The notes below the pieces were generated by a model. The model was given only the letters and a program-made list of their open reading frames with translations. It made no database searches and was not told where the DNA came from. DNA of 64,000 bases from Camelus ferus. Taxonomy: Eukaryota. Within the stretch, counting starts at the first letter, position 1; each line of letters begins with the position of its first letter. Made by a program: the position numbers and the translations under genes. Of this stretch, positions 37,181 through 51,400 are shown one piece after another. Location: assembly GCF_009834535.1 (NCBI RefSeq), contig NC_045696.1, forward strand, positions 78,618,001-78,682,000, in the 5' to 3' direction.

Positions 37181-40100
37181 TCACTTTTACATCCCCAAAA
37201 ATACAGCTATAGGGACACAAGACAAATGTAAAACATACAGATTTTGAAACTGGGTGGTCTGGGTGGAACAGATGGGAAAAAACATTCCAAGCAAACATGA
37301 ACCAAAGAAAATCTGGAATAGCCAAATGCATTTCAGATAAAGTAGATAAAGTAAAACTACATTGTTACTAGAGTTAGGATGGCATTTTCATTAAAATAAA
37401 ACATCCAATTCACTAGGAATATGAAACATATATAATTCTAAATTATATGCACATACTTTAAATGCCCACAAATATATAAAACACAAGCTGAGAAAAAATA
37501 AAAGGAGAAATTGCAAATCAATACCATTGAGAGAGACTGATATACCTCTTTCAAGGATGGATAGATTAGACAAAATTAATAGTTATCAAAATTTATAACA
37601 ATAAATTTAGCAAAATTAACTTAATGACTTTCATTAGACTCTGCAGTAAACAATCAGAATCAAAAGTTTTCTCAAGCACACAAAGAATGTTAACAGATAT
37701 TGACCATATTCTAGCTCAAAAAGTATATTTCAAAAATTTCAAAACACAGATCACCTTCACTGATCACAATGCAATTAAATTACAAGTTTGTAAAAACAAA
37801 CCAAAAAAACATACATTTTAAAAACACACAGTTGAATAACTCATGAGTCAGAAAATAAATAAAACACAATGAAATTTTAAAACATTTAGAACTGAATACA
37901 AATAAAAAGAATACCACATATAATAACTTGAGGATGGTAAATTTAGTATCTAGAAGAACATTTATAACCTTAAATGCTTATATTAGTCTTAAGTAAGTTT
38001 TTGCTAGGTACTTTTGCATAAATTAATCCAAATAAATCTTTCTAATCTTCAGCAGAAAGCTTCCCAAATTATTTGGGAATATGATTTGCTTTATATTGCT
38101 TTATAAAATGACATTAGTATGTTTCCATTTTTACCCATATGAAATTTGTCAGAGGCATATACTAAACTTTTGTTACTGTAATTTTTAAAAAATATTTGTG
38201 ATATTGCCAAAAATTATATTCCATATACTTATATCTGGGAAAGGGATAATTAGCATGCTAAAGATATGCTTAACAGCACCAGGAAAATAATGTTATAACT
38301 TAAGTATTTATAAACAAGAAGTTAATGTTCAAACAGATAAACTAAAAAGACTCAATATATAGATGCCCTTTCATGTGGAAAACCAAGAAAATTAACAGAA
38401 TCATTTCAGCCAAAACATGTTAGCTTTAACTGTCTCATTAAATCTGCTTTGAAAACTGCTATGATGTCATAAAAATTAAATTGTTGTTATAGCTTAAAGT
38501 ATTTATTACTGAGTTATTCAGAAATCTGACTTTGCGTTTGTATGTGCAATTTGATTAGGTCTGAAGATAAAATACTTTTAGACATGTTAGAGTTCCCAAC
38601 TAGATTCAGAAGGGTCAAATAGTGAATCTTTGTACTGAATACTCTAAGACTACTTCTACATCACTATTGAAATATTTATTATTTTTAAATGTATCAACTT
38701 TTACAGAAGGTCTATTCCTATCCTTGATATTCTGTCACCAGGTGCCAAACAAAATAGCATGTTCCCAAGATCATTCTTGCATAGCTACATCAGGCATTAT
38801 TTACACAGAATACAATGAGAAAAGGACCCCTGAGGTGTGCCTTATTGTGGCCCTATGCCTAGACAACTATGCAAAAACATCATAAATACATTATTGATTC
38901 AAAATTACAAATAAAAGTGAAGCACACAGATCATAAACAAGATTTAAAATTATAGCCCTACCTGTGCCTAGATAATTTAACACAACCACTCTGTCATTTC
39001 TATCGCTCCACTGGAAAATTTTTCTTGCATTTCATTCTTTTTCAATGCCTTTTGTTTTAAATGAATACCTCAAAATTTCTTAGAATCTACTATTTCAAGT
39101 GATCCAAAAATAGCACCATTTCAATACTACAACTCAAAGGCTACTTGGCATTTTAAATTACAAACTAATTAACATTTTCTGTCACAATCTCAAAGCATCA
39201 AATTTGTATGAATAGATTTAGTCATAAAACTTCTGATACTGGTACTTAATGTCTCCTTTATATAATGTCTAAGAGTTAAGTAGAGAACTATAAACGTAAT
39301 TTGTTAAATATGGTACTGAAATTACAAAGAGACAATTCCAAAAGATAGAGTCTTGCAGTCAACATACAATATTTTCAGTATGGAATCATTTTTCAATATT
39401 CAATTAAAAGCATCTTTTAAAATAATTTAGTAAGTACTTTTTAATACCAAAATTCAGTTATTTTTCATGTAGCTCTAGAAAAATATTTTCAAAATAGAAA
39501 TAATTATTAAAGAAGAATTTTTCCAAAGTGCCAAAGAACTTCTGAATAAAATACACTTTCCAAAATGCAGTTAAAGAGCTATACTTTAAGTCCAACTAAC
39601 TAAAAAGAAAAATGTCAGTACAGGATATATAAAGTATTGTAAGAAATAACACAGTAGCACCATAATTCTCTTTCATTTACAAGAACAATTGAACACATTT
39701 TCCACCTGAATGACCACTGATCTTCACTGAAAATGGCAAATTGCTTTATTTTATTCTATCATAGGGTTTTCTTTGAAATGGTGCTGTTTCGGAGCTTCTA
39801 TCTCAATCACGGCTGGAGCAGGGACAAAAAGAGAGATTTCTCTGTTCTAGATCAGAATGGTACATGAAAGGGTCCAGGAGACCAAAAAAAGGAAAAAAAA
39901 ATTTATGATTTACCGAGTAGCTTCCAGTACCCAGAGAAGGAGAGATGGAGACAGAGACAGAGAGGGGGAAAAAACTGCTAGAACAAGGCAGAAACTAATA
40001 TTCTAAAGAAAAAGGATAAAGTCCCCAACAGCAAAAGCCAGATCCCATGTTAACCGAAAACACCAGAGGTAATTCTAAAAACATCAAACAAAACATAAGA

Positions 40101-40811
40101 TGGAATAAAGTTTTTGATAGCTATGTTCTCAGAAAACTTTATTAAATGAGAGAATGGGTGAATTACTTGAAGTTTGTACAACTATTACCCATCTAATATT
40201 TATTGAGCCACTCCTATGTTCCAGTCACTGAAAATATAACATGAAAAATGTCAGGATCTGCCCTCAAAGAACGTCCTGTTGAGTAACTGGAAGAACTACT
40301 TCTGTTTAGGCTCTTTGATGTGATAGCTGTGCAGACAAGTACAAATTAACTCTTCTCTCCGAGTTCTTGTGCCCTCCTCTGTTAAATGGAGATTAAATGC
40401 TTGCCCTGTCACCTTTCATTACCCATTGTCCTTAAGGCCATAACTTAGTAACTTAACTTCTCTCTTTGGCTATTTAACATAATAGACACAACTTTATGTT
40501 TGGAATTGGAAAATATAAAAGTAGGAAAAAATCAAAACAGAAATAATCTAAGTATAATAGAAGCCTGTAAGCCTCATCTATAATAAATCACCATTGGGGT
40601 GTAGAGAAAAATGTAATTAAAAATAGTCTCATTGATCTACATAGATTAAAAAATAAGTCTATATAAAACTCAGATTCCAATAACTAGAGAATTAGAGATT
40701 ATTTCTGATATTGTCTAATTTCTGACCTTGCTGCTTAAGAGAAAAAAACCCCTGAGATTTGGAAAGGTAAAGTGATTTTCTCGAGGATATAAATGTGTTA
40801 GTGGTCGAAGT

Positions 40812-41250
40812 GGAACTTGGATTTGAGGAGGGTTCCCACCATTCCCAGAACTGATAAAAGGCCTACTGTGCCTAATCAGTTTGTGTAAATAATATAGTTT
40901 ACATGGAACTCCTGTTTTTCTTCTGGGAGTCTGTAATTTTGGTACATGCCAGGCAGAAGGTGCCTATATGACCATCTCCCCGCAAAAATCCTGGGTGCTG
41001 AGTTTCTGAAAAGCTTCATTAGCAACATTGCGCGCTTGTCACAACTAATTGCTGGAAGACTTACTGCTTCCTGTGAAGACACAGTGGGAGAAGACTGGAT
41101 GCCTGTGCCTGCTTTCCCTCAGACACCGCCCCATGTGCCTTTTTTTCAGGCTGTAATAAATCATAGCCATTAGCATGACTACATGCTGAGTCATGCCAGT
41201 CCTCCTAGTGAATCATCAAATCTAGCAGTGATACTGAGGTCCCCCTGACA
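40812..41250 (+). mobile_element. MER68-family LTR, 5'-truncated, abutting a MIR fragment
   Basis: 'ggaacttggatttgaggagggttcccaccattccc', 'ggcagaaggtgcctatatgacc', 'gctgtaataaatcatagcc', 'agtcctcctagtgaatcatcaaa', ending 'ccccctgaca'. Confidence 0.85.
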
Positions 41251-42874
41251 AAGAGATATTTTAAAAAGAAATACAAAAGTGGTTCATGTTTTCATGTATA
41301 GCTCCCCCACCAACCACCAGCACAGACTCCTCCAGATCCCAACCCCATGATGTTAGAGACCAGCTAGTGACTAGATGAAAATGTCTTTCCATAAGCAAAT
41401 GTGACAAATGAGAAAAAAAATCCATGACGTATTTACTGAAAACCTAATGAAGAAGCACCTCTTAAAGGATTTTGCTATCATAAAAAAATTTTTTTAAACC
41501 AAAGAAGTGATCCTTAGAGTTTAAAAACATACCTCACATTATAACAGAGAAATCTTTCTTATGATGTTAATCAAACACAAGAATATAATTGTTAATGGTT
41601 AAAAGGGTCTGTTAGGCCCTTGAAATACTAAAAAAAATTTCATGAGATGAAACTCCTGAAAGAATGGTTAAATTTCCTATATTCACAATGGTAATATTCA
41701 CAGTAGTCTAAAAATAAAGTTGCATTTTTTTGAAAGTCAATACACAGGGTTTATGTTGCCTGTAGGTCTATGACTTCATATAGGTCAATGATAAGAAAAC
41801 TGAGTTTCTGTCAGGGGGATAAAAAGGCCAAAATACAACATAATTTGTACATGTTTTGAATATCATTATTAATATCTTAAATATAAGAAGATATGATTTC
41901 AGAAGTTTTTTATACTATAATTACATTATTATAGAATCAAAATATATCTGTAAAAATGCACTAAAAATTTTATAATCCATAAAAGTTATTTATGAATCTT
42001 TGCTTTTCAAGAACATACTCTTAAAAAGGGAGTTTCACAAATATCATACCCTCCTTAATGTAAATTATTTCTTGAGAAAAAAATTACACAATTCTATAGT
42101 GATATCTTATGCATTAAGAAAGACAACTTTCACATTCCAAAGCCAGATCAGTATTTTCTACAATTGCTGCGTCTTTTTTTAATCAAGAGAATGCATTCTT
42201 TTCTACTTAAGAGACAATATTTTTATAGTGAAAAGAAGTAAACAAAAATAAAATAATGTTACCTATTTTTCTAATGATATTAAAATTCAAATGAGAAATG
42301 TTAATACTGAACAGTAAGGATAAAGAACACAATTGTGATACATACTTGCTAACAATGTGAGAAAATTCACTATCAGTCTGTCTCCTAAAATATTCAGAAT
42401 CTTTTTTCATATAAAGATAAAACATAACAGCAGAGAGAAAACCCACGTGGGTGGTGAATTATTCCAGTTTGTTCTGTGGGACCTTTAACCTCAATTGCAA
42501 AAGAGATTCCTTTTCCTGACATCTGAACTGACGCTGCTCATAATTCCATATAGAAGGCAATCACCTATCATCTTAAATTTGTATTATATTAAGAGAAAAC
42601 CTTATTTAACTACAGTTACCTGATGTCAGAGAAGTTGATTACTCAGAATGAAAGTGTGATGTAAGAGAGACAGAGAAAAAAGTTATGTAAAGAGTCTAGA
42701 AACCTGCAGTGGCTTTGGCTTAACTAAGATAAGGCAGGAAGCCTCTCTGGTTCCTTTTTGCTTCTTGAACTTCTTCAGCAATCATCTAAGTCAATCTCTT
42801 CCTCAAGAAATCTACTATTCAACCATACTAATTACAGGATTCAATCACAGTGCACTCAGTTTTTTTTAAAGAAA

Positions 42875-43075
42875 GGCAGTATGCTTACTGGTTAAGATAA
42901 CAAGCATTGAAGCCATAGATACTTAGCTTCAAATCTTGTCTCTAAGTCTCAGTTTCTTTATCTGTAAAACAGGATGATCACTGTAGTCTTTATATCGTAA
43001 GTGGTGTTTACATACATAATGCTTATAAAACACTTAGCTGGAACATTGTAAACCCAGTGCCTGTAATTAGCTGAT
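42875..43075 (+). mobile_element. MIR SINE (internally deleted)
   Basis: 'aggcagtatg...tggttaaga', 'ctctaagtctcagtttctttatctgtaaaacaggatgat'. Confidence 0.75.
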
Positions 43076-43235
43076 AACATTCTCATAACAGCAGCTGTAG
43101 TATTAAAGAGTAGCCCAGGGCAAATTCTATTTGGACCAAAGGGTCTTATATGTCTATATTTATATCTATATCTGTATCAATATATCTACATATTTATGCA
43201 TAGATATTTGAAATACACCATTACAGTATTGAAAG

Positions 43236-43238
<3 letters not shown>

Positions 43239-43278
<40 letters not shown>
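43239..43278. repeat. (TA)20 microsatellite
   Basis: Counted directly. Confidence 0.95.
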
Positions 43279-43282
<4 letters not shown>

Positions 43283-43289
43283 CATACAT

Positions 43290-43900
43290 ACACTTTGGGA
43301 AGATGAGTCTTCTCTAAGCATAATACCAAAGGTAAATAACATAAAGGAAAATACTGATAGGTATGACTACATAAAAATACATTTTTAATTACAAAAAACA
43401 CCATACATACATGAGTATACATTGGTACAACCTTTTTGGAGGAAAAGAATACAATACTTAAACACCCTTGAAAATGCACATACACTTTGATTTCTCAATA
43501 CCACTTCTAAGCAGTTATACTAGCAATAAATAATGTGCTCACGGATCTGTGGAAAAGAAGTTCTATAGTGTTTTAATTAAAAAGTGAAGGAGAGAGAGAG
43601 AAAAGAAGGGTGGAAGGAAGAAAGGAAAGAAAACTTCAATGTTCAACAACAGAATAGATAAATAACCATGGTACAATTTATTCTATAGCATATGTATTTA
43701 ATTGTAGCTATTAAATTATGTTGTAGAAGAATATTAAATAATACTGAAAATAGTCACAATGTATTAACTAAAAGAGAAAACCATGAAAGATATCATACCT
43801 TTTTATTTAAAAATAGAAAAACTAAATAAAATGAGCAGCAAAAGAATGGGTGATTCTCCTTTATTTTTCTGCTTTCTGGAGAAAACACAAATATTTTTAG
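43290..43900 (+). mobile_element. Old L1ME fragments
   Basis: 'ataaaggaaaatactgataggtatgactacataaaaa', 'attggtacaacctttttggagg', 'aaaatgcacatacactttga...caataccacttcta'. Confidence 0.7.
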
Positions 43901-45289
43901 ATATTTATAAAATACGTAAAATACAGTCAGCAGTTACATCAATTATAAACTTTCATGAACTATGTCAGTTCAGATTATTTTAAGGCATAGAAATTTCTAC
44001 TTTGCTTGTAAAATATAGCATGGAGAACATCATTAACTAAATTACAATCAACAAATTCTGCAGTTTTCAATGCATTTAGGGACAGAGAATTACCTAACAT
44101 TCATCTGAAAGCAACACGTTCAAATGCAAAACAAAAAATCACCCATTACTGAAAAGAAGGTACCTGGAAAGCCCAGACTGCTTGTTTCCTGAATTAATCA
44201 CAAGAAATGGAAAATGACTCTAATTCCGAACTACATACACTCAAATTTTTCAGGAATAGATGAAAGCAAAGGAAGAATTTATCTTTTTCTTAATGTGCTA
44301 CTTAAAGTAGTATGGAGCTAAGTGTCTTTGATGAAGATAAATACATCAAATTCAAGAATATTATTAAAACTCATTAAACCTAAATCCCACCTAAACATAA
44401 GGAGACTGAATTAAGACACAGAACTAAGTTTTCCATTTTCTAAATTTAATGAATGCATAAGTATTTTCATTAAGCATCAATAGGCAGTTATATTATCTTG
44501 CTTAATTGTTTTTTCTTATCATAAATTTTAACAAATTGTAGAGTGCACTCATTACAGTCCATAATCCCTTTAAGAACAAAAATGCAACTTTTCATAGACT
44601 TAGAAAACTATAGTCATGTCCAGTTTTCTTCTACATAAACCGTAACACCTTTTAGGAGTTTCACTGACCAAATATATAATCAAGATTTGTTTTGTTTTAG
44701 TTTCTTCTACATCACTCTTGTCTTGTTTCCAATGACTATAACACTTGGGATACTGCACCTTCTATTACGGTCATTTAAATGCATTTTTGTCTCCTTCCCC
44801 AACACACACATACACGTAAATTTTAAAATCTATAAAGGCAACAGGTTTATATTATTTATTTCTGTACTTCTAACATCTTCTCTAAACATAATAGTGCTGA
44901 ATAAAATAGAATTTAGGTAATTTATGTAAAATCTGTACTTGGGGACACAACATTCTGGTATTTACTAAAAACATCACCTTCAGCAAAACACAACTTCTCA
45001 AGACGTCAGGTTCATCACCTGCGACAAAGATATGGTAGCTACCCACTCCGTCCCCACGTGTGCCTAAGTACGTTAAAGCTTGTGAAAACACTATGGGATT
45101 GCAAATCACTGCGCAATTACAAGGAATTATCCAGTGCTAACAGCTCCATGCATTAATGATTTTTAGTAGAAACTAATACTGGATCCCACTAGAAAATTTT
45201 TTGTCTATCTATTTATCTATCTATCTAAAACTTTTGAGCCAAATAAATGTTTGTCATCTGGAATATAAAGTTAGTAACTACTAATAAGA

Positions 45290-45800
45290 AATTGATGTTC
45301 TACAGTACAAAAAGCAGACTTTGAAATTACAAGATTAAGCTCACATTTTTACTTCATCATTTACTAGCCACATCAGTTAACCTCCAGTGTAAGCTGGATA
45401 TGTGGGATGCTAAGAATAATAATTAGGTGTCTCATGGAACTTTAGGAAAGATTAAATATGTTGTATATGAAAGTGTTCCACCAACTAGAAGGCGTCATAC
45501 AAAATTTGGCATTATTATTAACTTTTACATAGTTAATTACTGCAAATTATTACTAATCATAATAGTCTTCACTAACATAGTGACTATTGTGTGCAAGGCA
45601 CTAGAATGTTTTATGTATATTTTTGTTAACCTTCAAAACAACTGTAAAAGATGAGTATTATTGTTCTTATTTTACAAAGGAGAAAACTCAGGCTCAAAAC
45701 GCTTAAGGAACTTATTCAAGTATACATAATGTATCAGTTGCAGAATCTGAACTAAGGACCATGGATGCCAAGCCTATGTGTTTTTCCACCACATCAGACT
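45290..45800. mobile_element. Two MIR SINEs in tail-to-tail orientation (+ ~45290-45520; - ~45570-45800)
   Basis: First copy: 'aaaagcagactttgaaatt...aagattaaatatg...atatgaaagtgtt'. Second copy: 'tgtgcaaggcactag...attttacaaaggagaaaactcaggctca'. Confidence 0.7.
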
Positions 45801-47255
45801 TTCAGAATCGAGTTCAGTCATCTCTTCAATGTCAATAATATAGCCCCTGAAAATCAGACATAAGCTAACTTTTTTCCTGTTGCGTTAAATGGGAAATATT
45901 AGTAGTTGTTACACATTAACCCCAACACAATGAATTTCATAAAACACATTAAAACTCTAAGTGGAAAACTACCATATTAGGATATAAACCACTTAAATCA
46001 TTGCTTCCTGGTCACCGAGTAATTAATACGGTAGTTAGCAAACATGGAGTTGGATGTAGTGGTGTGACCTCCCAGCATCAGCCACACTCAAGCACGTCAC
46101 TAATGCTGATATGCAGTGGGTTTTCTGCAGAGGCTACACCTGATTCTGACACTCCAACAACTATATCCCATCTCTACTTGAGCATTATTTTTATTAAAAA
46201 TCATGCATTAAATTGAGATAAATAAATATAAGTGTTTCCTATATAAACATCAGCTGAAAAACATCTTTGAGGTATATGTAAAAGTCCACAACGTCTGGGG
46301 ATGCATTAGCCTCACATCAACCTGGGAGTAGTTTTACAAGGAGCACCTTATATGTCATACGTCAGTACAGAAAGCTGGTGTCGTTAAACAATGCACCAAA
46401 AGAAAACTGAGTGAACTTAGTTCTGTTTAAAGTCAAGGACAGTCTGAAAACATGGAGACTGACATTTTGTCAAACATGAAAAAAGTGTGTAACATGTAAA
46501 ACACACATATGCTATAGAATCCTTTATGATTCTAGTCGTAGTTTTTATAGGCAAGCCAAAGTTAACAGATAAAAATATAGAGAACTAAACAATATCCATT
46601 TTATCAAATACATTTTATGATTATTTAAATGGCTGTAAAGTATGTACTGAATTCTTTGTTTATTTAAGGGAGAAAAGTAAATGGCTGCCCTAGAAAGAGG
46701 AACAACACAGTAAAATTTCCTTTTAGAAACAAAATGTTCCATTGGACACATTGTAAGCATATTGTAAATACTTCTTATACCTCACAATTAAAGATTCAGT
46801 TGAAACTCTGCCCATATCCTGGATAACAGAGATCAATGGTTCAAAGATAAAGATATTCACTGTTTCAATTGTCTTCTTTACATAAACTAAATTTTGTTTA
46901 AATTAGCCCCTTTCTCCCTATATGCTAAGAAACAAAGAAAAATTGCCCACCTCACAAAGGGAAAGAAGTATTTTAAACAGCAGAAAACAAATCAGTGGCT
47001 GTGATTTAATCCCTTCTTTTAACTGTGTTGCAGGATGAGACCATTAGAAAATTTTGCTTTTCCTTGATGTAAAAAAAAAAAAAACGAAACCTGGGGGCAG
47101 GATCAGGATCAGAATTTGGAGAAGAGATTACCAAATGACAAAATAATGTCACGTATAGGATTGGGGGACAGGAGGAACCAAAATGTGTGACAGTTTTGAG
47201 GCAGATGGCAGCTGTAATTAAGAAAGCCATACCCCCAGGCAGTGAGGCCACTTAC

Positions 47256-47306
47256 TTGGTCAGCCTCATTTCAGTGGCTGAAACTGCAAAATTGTCTAAA
47301 TTGAAC
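47256..47306 (-). other. Candidate 51-nt exon (unverified)
   Basis: gcttttaactttaatattgtag|GTTCAA...GACCAA|gtaagt. Frame-preserving; only the phase-2 frame is open (FNLDNFAVSATEMRLT). Confidence 0.25.
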
Positions 47307-47898
47307 CTACAATATTAAAGTTAAAAGCATCCTTCCAAAATTATGAACAAACATGATAATTATGAATTCAGTTAGACCAAACATAAGATTTCCTTAACTG
47401 GGGGAGGTGTCAAAATTAGAAAAATCTGTGTCATTTAATTTGCCATATTTCATAAGTGAAGCTGTGCTGGAGATATTTCTTGCCTCTGACCTTAAGCACT
47501 GTGTTTACATTGCTGCTTAATAGTAGCAATCTGCCAAAATTTCATTATATTCATATAAAATATTAGCCAATATGTTTTATAATTCCATTTTTAGTAGAGT
47601 GAGGAAGGCTTTAGCTCTTGGGTGCTTAATAAATGTTTGCACAGTGATTACAGAAAAAAATACACATTTCAAGCTTTCTTGAATATTCAGTAACACAGTG
47701 TCTACTGCCTGCCCTTACAAGAATTAATTATTTAATTTGGCCAAATTATCTGTGCTTTGAATTTAAAAATACATATGTTTTAAAACATTCATTTTTAAAA
47801 ATTCTGTCATTAAAATTGTATCCACAGAACCAGCAACACCACTTACATAATTTCTATTCTAGAATTCAGTATAGCTGAAAGTCATAAAAGTTTAAGTA

Positions 47899-48029
47899 TA
47901 GTCAGCCCTCTGTAACCACGAGATACAGAGAATGAGGGTACTATGCCATTTTATACAAAGGACCAGAGTATCTGTGGATTTTGGTATCCGAGAGGGGTCC
48001 TGGATCCCAAGAATATCAAGGGGTAACTA
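47899..48029 (+). mobile_element. MER2 (TcMar-Tigger) internally deleted element
   Basis: TA-flanked degenerate terminal inverted repeats ('tagtcagccctctgta' ... 'tatcaaggggtaacta'); 'tactatgccattttatacaaaggac', 'ggattttggtatccgagaggggtcctgga'. Confidence 0.85.
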
Positions 48030-48719
48030 TAATATCTAGATCCCACCCATTTCACTCCATTTCGACATCATGTGTGCTAAATAATTCTTATTTCCTAGAG
48101 ATTTGTTATAGATAGTCCAAAGGGAGCCCAGGTGTTTAAAATCACTGCAATTAGTAAACAAATTACATAAAATGACTGTTTACCTAAAAAATGTCTAAAA
48201 GCTAAGCTAGTATTAATTGCATATAATCAGGGTGATTTTTCCCCTTACTTTTTATTCATAAAACCCAGTTACACACCTTTAACTTTTTTCACATGTAACA
48301 TTTGTCACTAGGAAACCTTTAATAGATTTTTACAAAATATTTCAGAAACCAGATTCAATTTGTGTACAAAATATATTTAAAGTTGCACTGTAAATTAAAA
48401 TGCACAATAAATTTAAAATGCACATTAATGACTTAAATCATATATATGACAATCCAATGATGAGTGTTTAAGGTATAAAATAAATAACACCTTTTCCCAA
48501 ATTAGGAAATTTTTAGTATCAATCCAGTGCAGTAAAAAGCCCAATTCTGTCCTGTTAGTACTATCCCCAGATGGTTATATGAATGTAGGGAAGAACCAGT
48601 GAACCCTTAACTACATTTACTATCAACAGCAGATAGATTGAAGAGAGTTTTTCTGTTTTCCTTTAAGTGTTTTTTAAAGACTGCATACTTTTTTATTTTT
48701 TAAATAATACATTTTTATT

Positions 48720-49240
48720 TTAAGAAACTACAGAATAGTATCAATTAGAAATTTAAATCGCCCATAATTGCAGAATCTAGAGACAAATACTATTTGCAGT
48801 TTGATATGTTTTCTTCTAGTCTTTTTTCTATGCAAATGTACAACAATTTTAACCTACTCTGCACTGCACTGTAAGTACAATTTGGCATTTTGCTTTTTCA
48901 CTTAACACACCAGCCATTTCCGTATGGTATTTAAAGCACCCTTTAAAAACATCATGTTTAATAGCTACATAATACTCCATCATATGGCTTTATCATAATT
49001 TATTTAAAAGTCTCGCCATTGTATGAATTTGGGTTGTTTCTAATTTTAAGTTGGCATATTTAATGCTGAACATCATAATTTTGAAGATTTATCTGTAGTT
49101 TCATCCACACTTCTGCTTTTCTCCTGTAGGAGAGATTTCTAAAATTAGATGGCAAATTTTTAGAGGCTATTGATAGATATTAACAAATTCTTTTCTCAAA
49201 AGATTGTACATTTTCAAAATTTAATTCTGCCATTTATGAA
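48720..49240 (-). mobile_element. Old L1ME 3' region (antisense)
   Basis: 'ttttgctttttcacttaaca', 'tttaatagctacataatactccatcatatgg', 'tttgggttgtttcta'. Confidence 0.75.
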
Positions 49241-49779
49241 GGTGGTTCCTTTTCCACTTCTAGCTTTATGCTTCAATAATGTGGTGGCATCAGCGAAGTA
49301 CAAACTGGTGAAGCACTTTAATTCCCTTGTAACTTACTAGTCTAATATTCAGTTTAAATGCTACAAACTGAGAGGTTTTGGAGGGCATTTCAAAGTGTAT
49401 TTACATTTATGTTAAGTGACCTTTAATCGGCAGTTTAAAGAGTTGTCATTATCTTCACAAAATTTTAGCATAATGCCACTTGACCCAGAATTGTAGCTCC
49501 AGAAGGGAAAACATAAAATTAGATGATGATATCTCAGAAAGGGTGCGAGGTTTTGATTCACATAGGCTAAATGAGACATGTAACCTTAGAAAACTACTTA
49601 ACCTCATTGACTCTTTTTTCTTCAACACTAAAATGGGAGAAATATTTACTTTTCTGGTTTGTTATAAAACTTAAAAATATATATCTATATCTGTACATCA
49701 TCAATTACTGAAAATGAAAAGGCTTGCTTTCCGCCATTCCATGGCAAAGCTCACTAGAAACCAAATCCCACCTAAGCAT

Positions 49780-51400
49780 ATAATTATCAGCTTTTAGTGT
49801 TTAATTCTTAAAACAGACATTTAAGGATTACTAAATACGTAAGAAATGCCTGCAAAACAAAAACTGAAAAAAAGAGAACCAGGAGAAAATAGACTGTTCA
49901 GAGCAAGAAATATTCCAACAAAATAAAATTAATATAGTGTACCATGAAACAAGAAAGGATACCATAAAAGAGGAACAATCACAGAATAAGAGTTCCTAAA
50001 AATTAGAAAAATAACAATGAGATAAAATCAAGGAAACCACCAGAGACCAAAAGAAATAGAAAATAACAGGAGAAAAAAAAAGTCAGAGAATTAATCCAAG
50101 AAAGCCAGCAATTTTTCCAATAGGAATTGCTGAAATAAAGAAGAAAGAAAATCACAATATTATGATAATAACAATAACAGTAACAGTAAGAGAATTACCA
50201 AACCAAAGTCCAGTTTGAAAAAGCACACAGATGCCGAATAAAGAGATCAAAAATTTCCTAAGAAGCACCAACTGTTAGGATGGACTCGGACTTCTCAACA
50301 GAAATACTACAAGAAAATAGAGGCTTTAGAATTCCAAGAGGAAGCAGCTTATAGCCACCCAAACTATCAATCAAGCAAGATGGTAGAATACAGACATAAC
50401 AAACTTATAAGGAGTCAAAAGACTTTCCCAGGCATCCTTTCTCAGATAGCCATCGTAAGCAGAAATGAGATGCAGGTAATACAGGATCCTAATATAAAAA
50501 TTAGGAAAGAAAAGGTCCAGGGTGACAGTTGTACCAGACCTAGAAACAGCAGCCAAAACTGACGCAGGAAGATGAAGGGATACATCAGGAATATCTCCAC
50601 GACAAAAAAAAGTTTAATGTAGCTAATAGATCATTTCATGAGTCTCATCTGAATCCATTCCCTTCTTTATTCCCAACCTTTCCTCTCTCCCCATCAAGCT
50701 CAAGAGTTTATTTTGTAGGTGTTTCAGAAGAACACTTCCTAGTTTCTTTTAGGTACTTCGGCATTTCTCATTTTCTAACGTGAGGACCAAATTCACTACT
50801 AAGGCCTCTGTCTGTCTTTACTAATGAAGCCATTATTGGCCACATTTTCTCAGAACAACAACAACAAAATCATTTTAAAATGTTATTGATGAGAAAAAAG
50901 TGTTATTGATAACCATTTAATAGATCTTTTACAGAACATTTGGGGAGAAATAGCAACAGGTATACAGAAAAATAAGCAAACAATAAAGGAAAGTGTTAAT
51001 GTTTAAAAATATATGAGAAGGGAAAAAAATCATAATATATGTCTTAGTTCAGAAGTAAATTATATTCACTTATTATAAATGTAAAAACTAATGAACAATT
51101 GTGATATAAGTCTGTAATTTAAAAAGGAGGATATTTTGGACAGCTAGGTGTGAGCTCTTAGAAAAATAAATTCTCAACCAACAAAACAAGAAGTCAATAG
51201 TATCAAGCTATTTGTAAATCAAGAAATAACTACATAAGCATAGAACTATCAGGAGAAAAAAATGAAACAGCTGGAAATGGTTGTCTCTTCAGAGCAGGCC
51301 TGGAAAGAAATATTAGAAGATTTCTATTTTTAATTTTCAGCACATTATGATTTTTAAACTATGCTTAGATAATACTTATATAAAATGATGATTAATTTAT
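49780..51400 (+). mobile_element. HAL1 / old L1 ORF1-derived fragments (interrupted ~50640-50880)
   Basis: 'ggacttctcaacagaaatacta', 'ccaaactatcaatcaag', 'gtccagggtgacagttgtaccagacctagaaacagcagcc', 'aacaagaagtcaatag'. Confidence 0.7.

Larger units (their letters stand above)
35280..37985 (+). mobile_element. Old L1M (ORF1 to ORF2 endonuclease region) interrupted by a younger L1MC
   Basis: ORF1-like 'tatcttcaaagtgctgaaaggaaataat'. ORF2-like sequence resumes after ~37200 ('aacattccaagcaaacatgaaccaaagaaaatctggaatagc', 'ttgaccatattctagctc', 'gatcacaatgcaattaaatta'). Confidence 0.75.

Noticed and set aside
1710..41250. Two same-orientation MER68 LTRs as ends of one provirus
   Set aside because: They are 39 kb apart and highly diverged from each other, there is no internal ERV sequence, and the first copy has its own TSD.
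41533..41627. Minus-strand exon-like segment with GAG|gtatgt donor
   Set aside because: It has stops in all three frames and no other support.
45290..45800. Inverted MIR pair as a dsRNA/ADAR substrate
   Set aside because: The copies look too diverged to form a stable long duplex.
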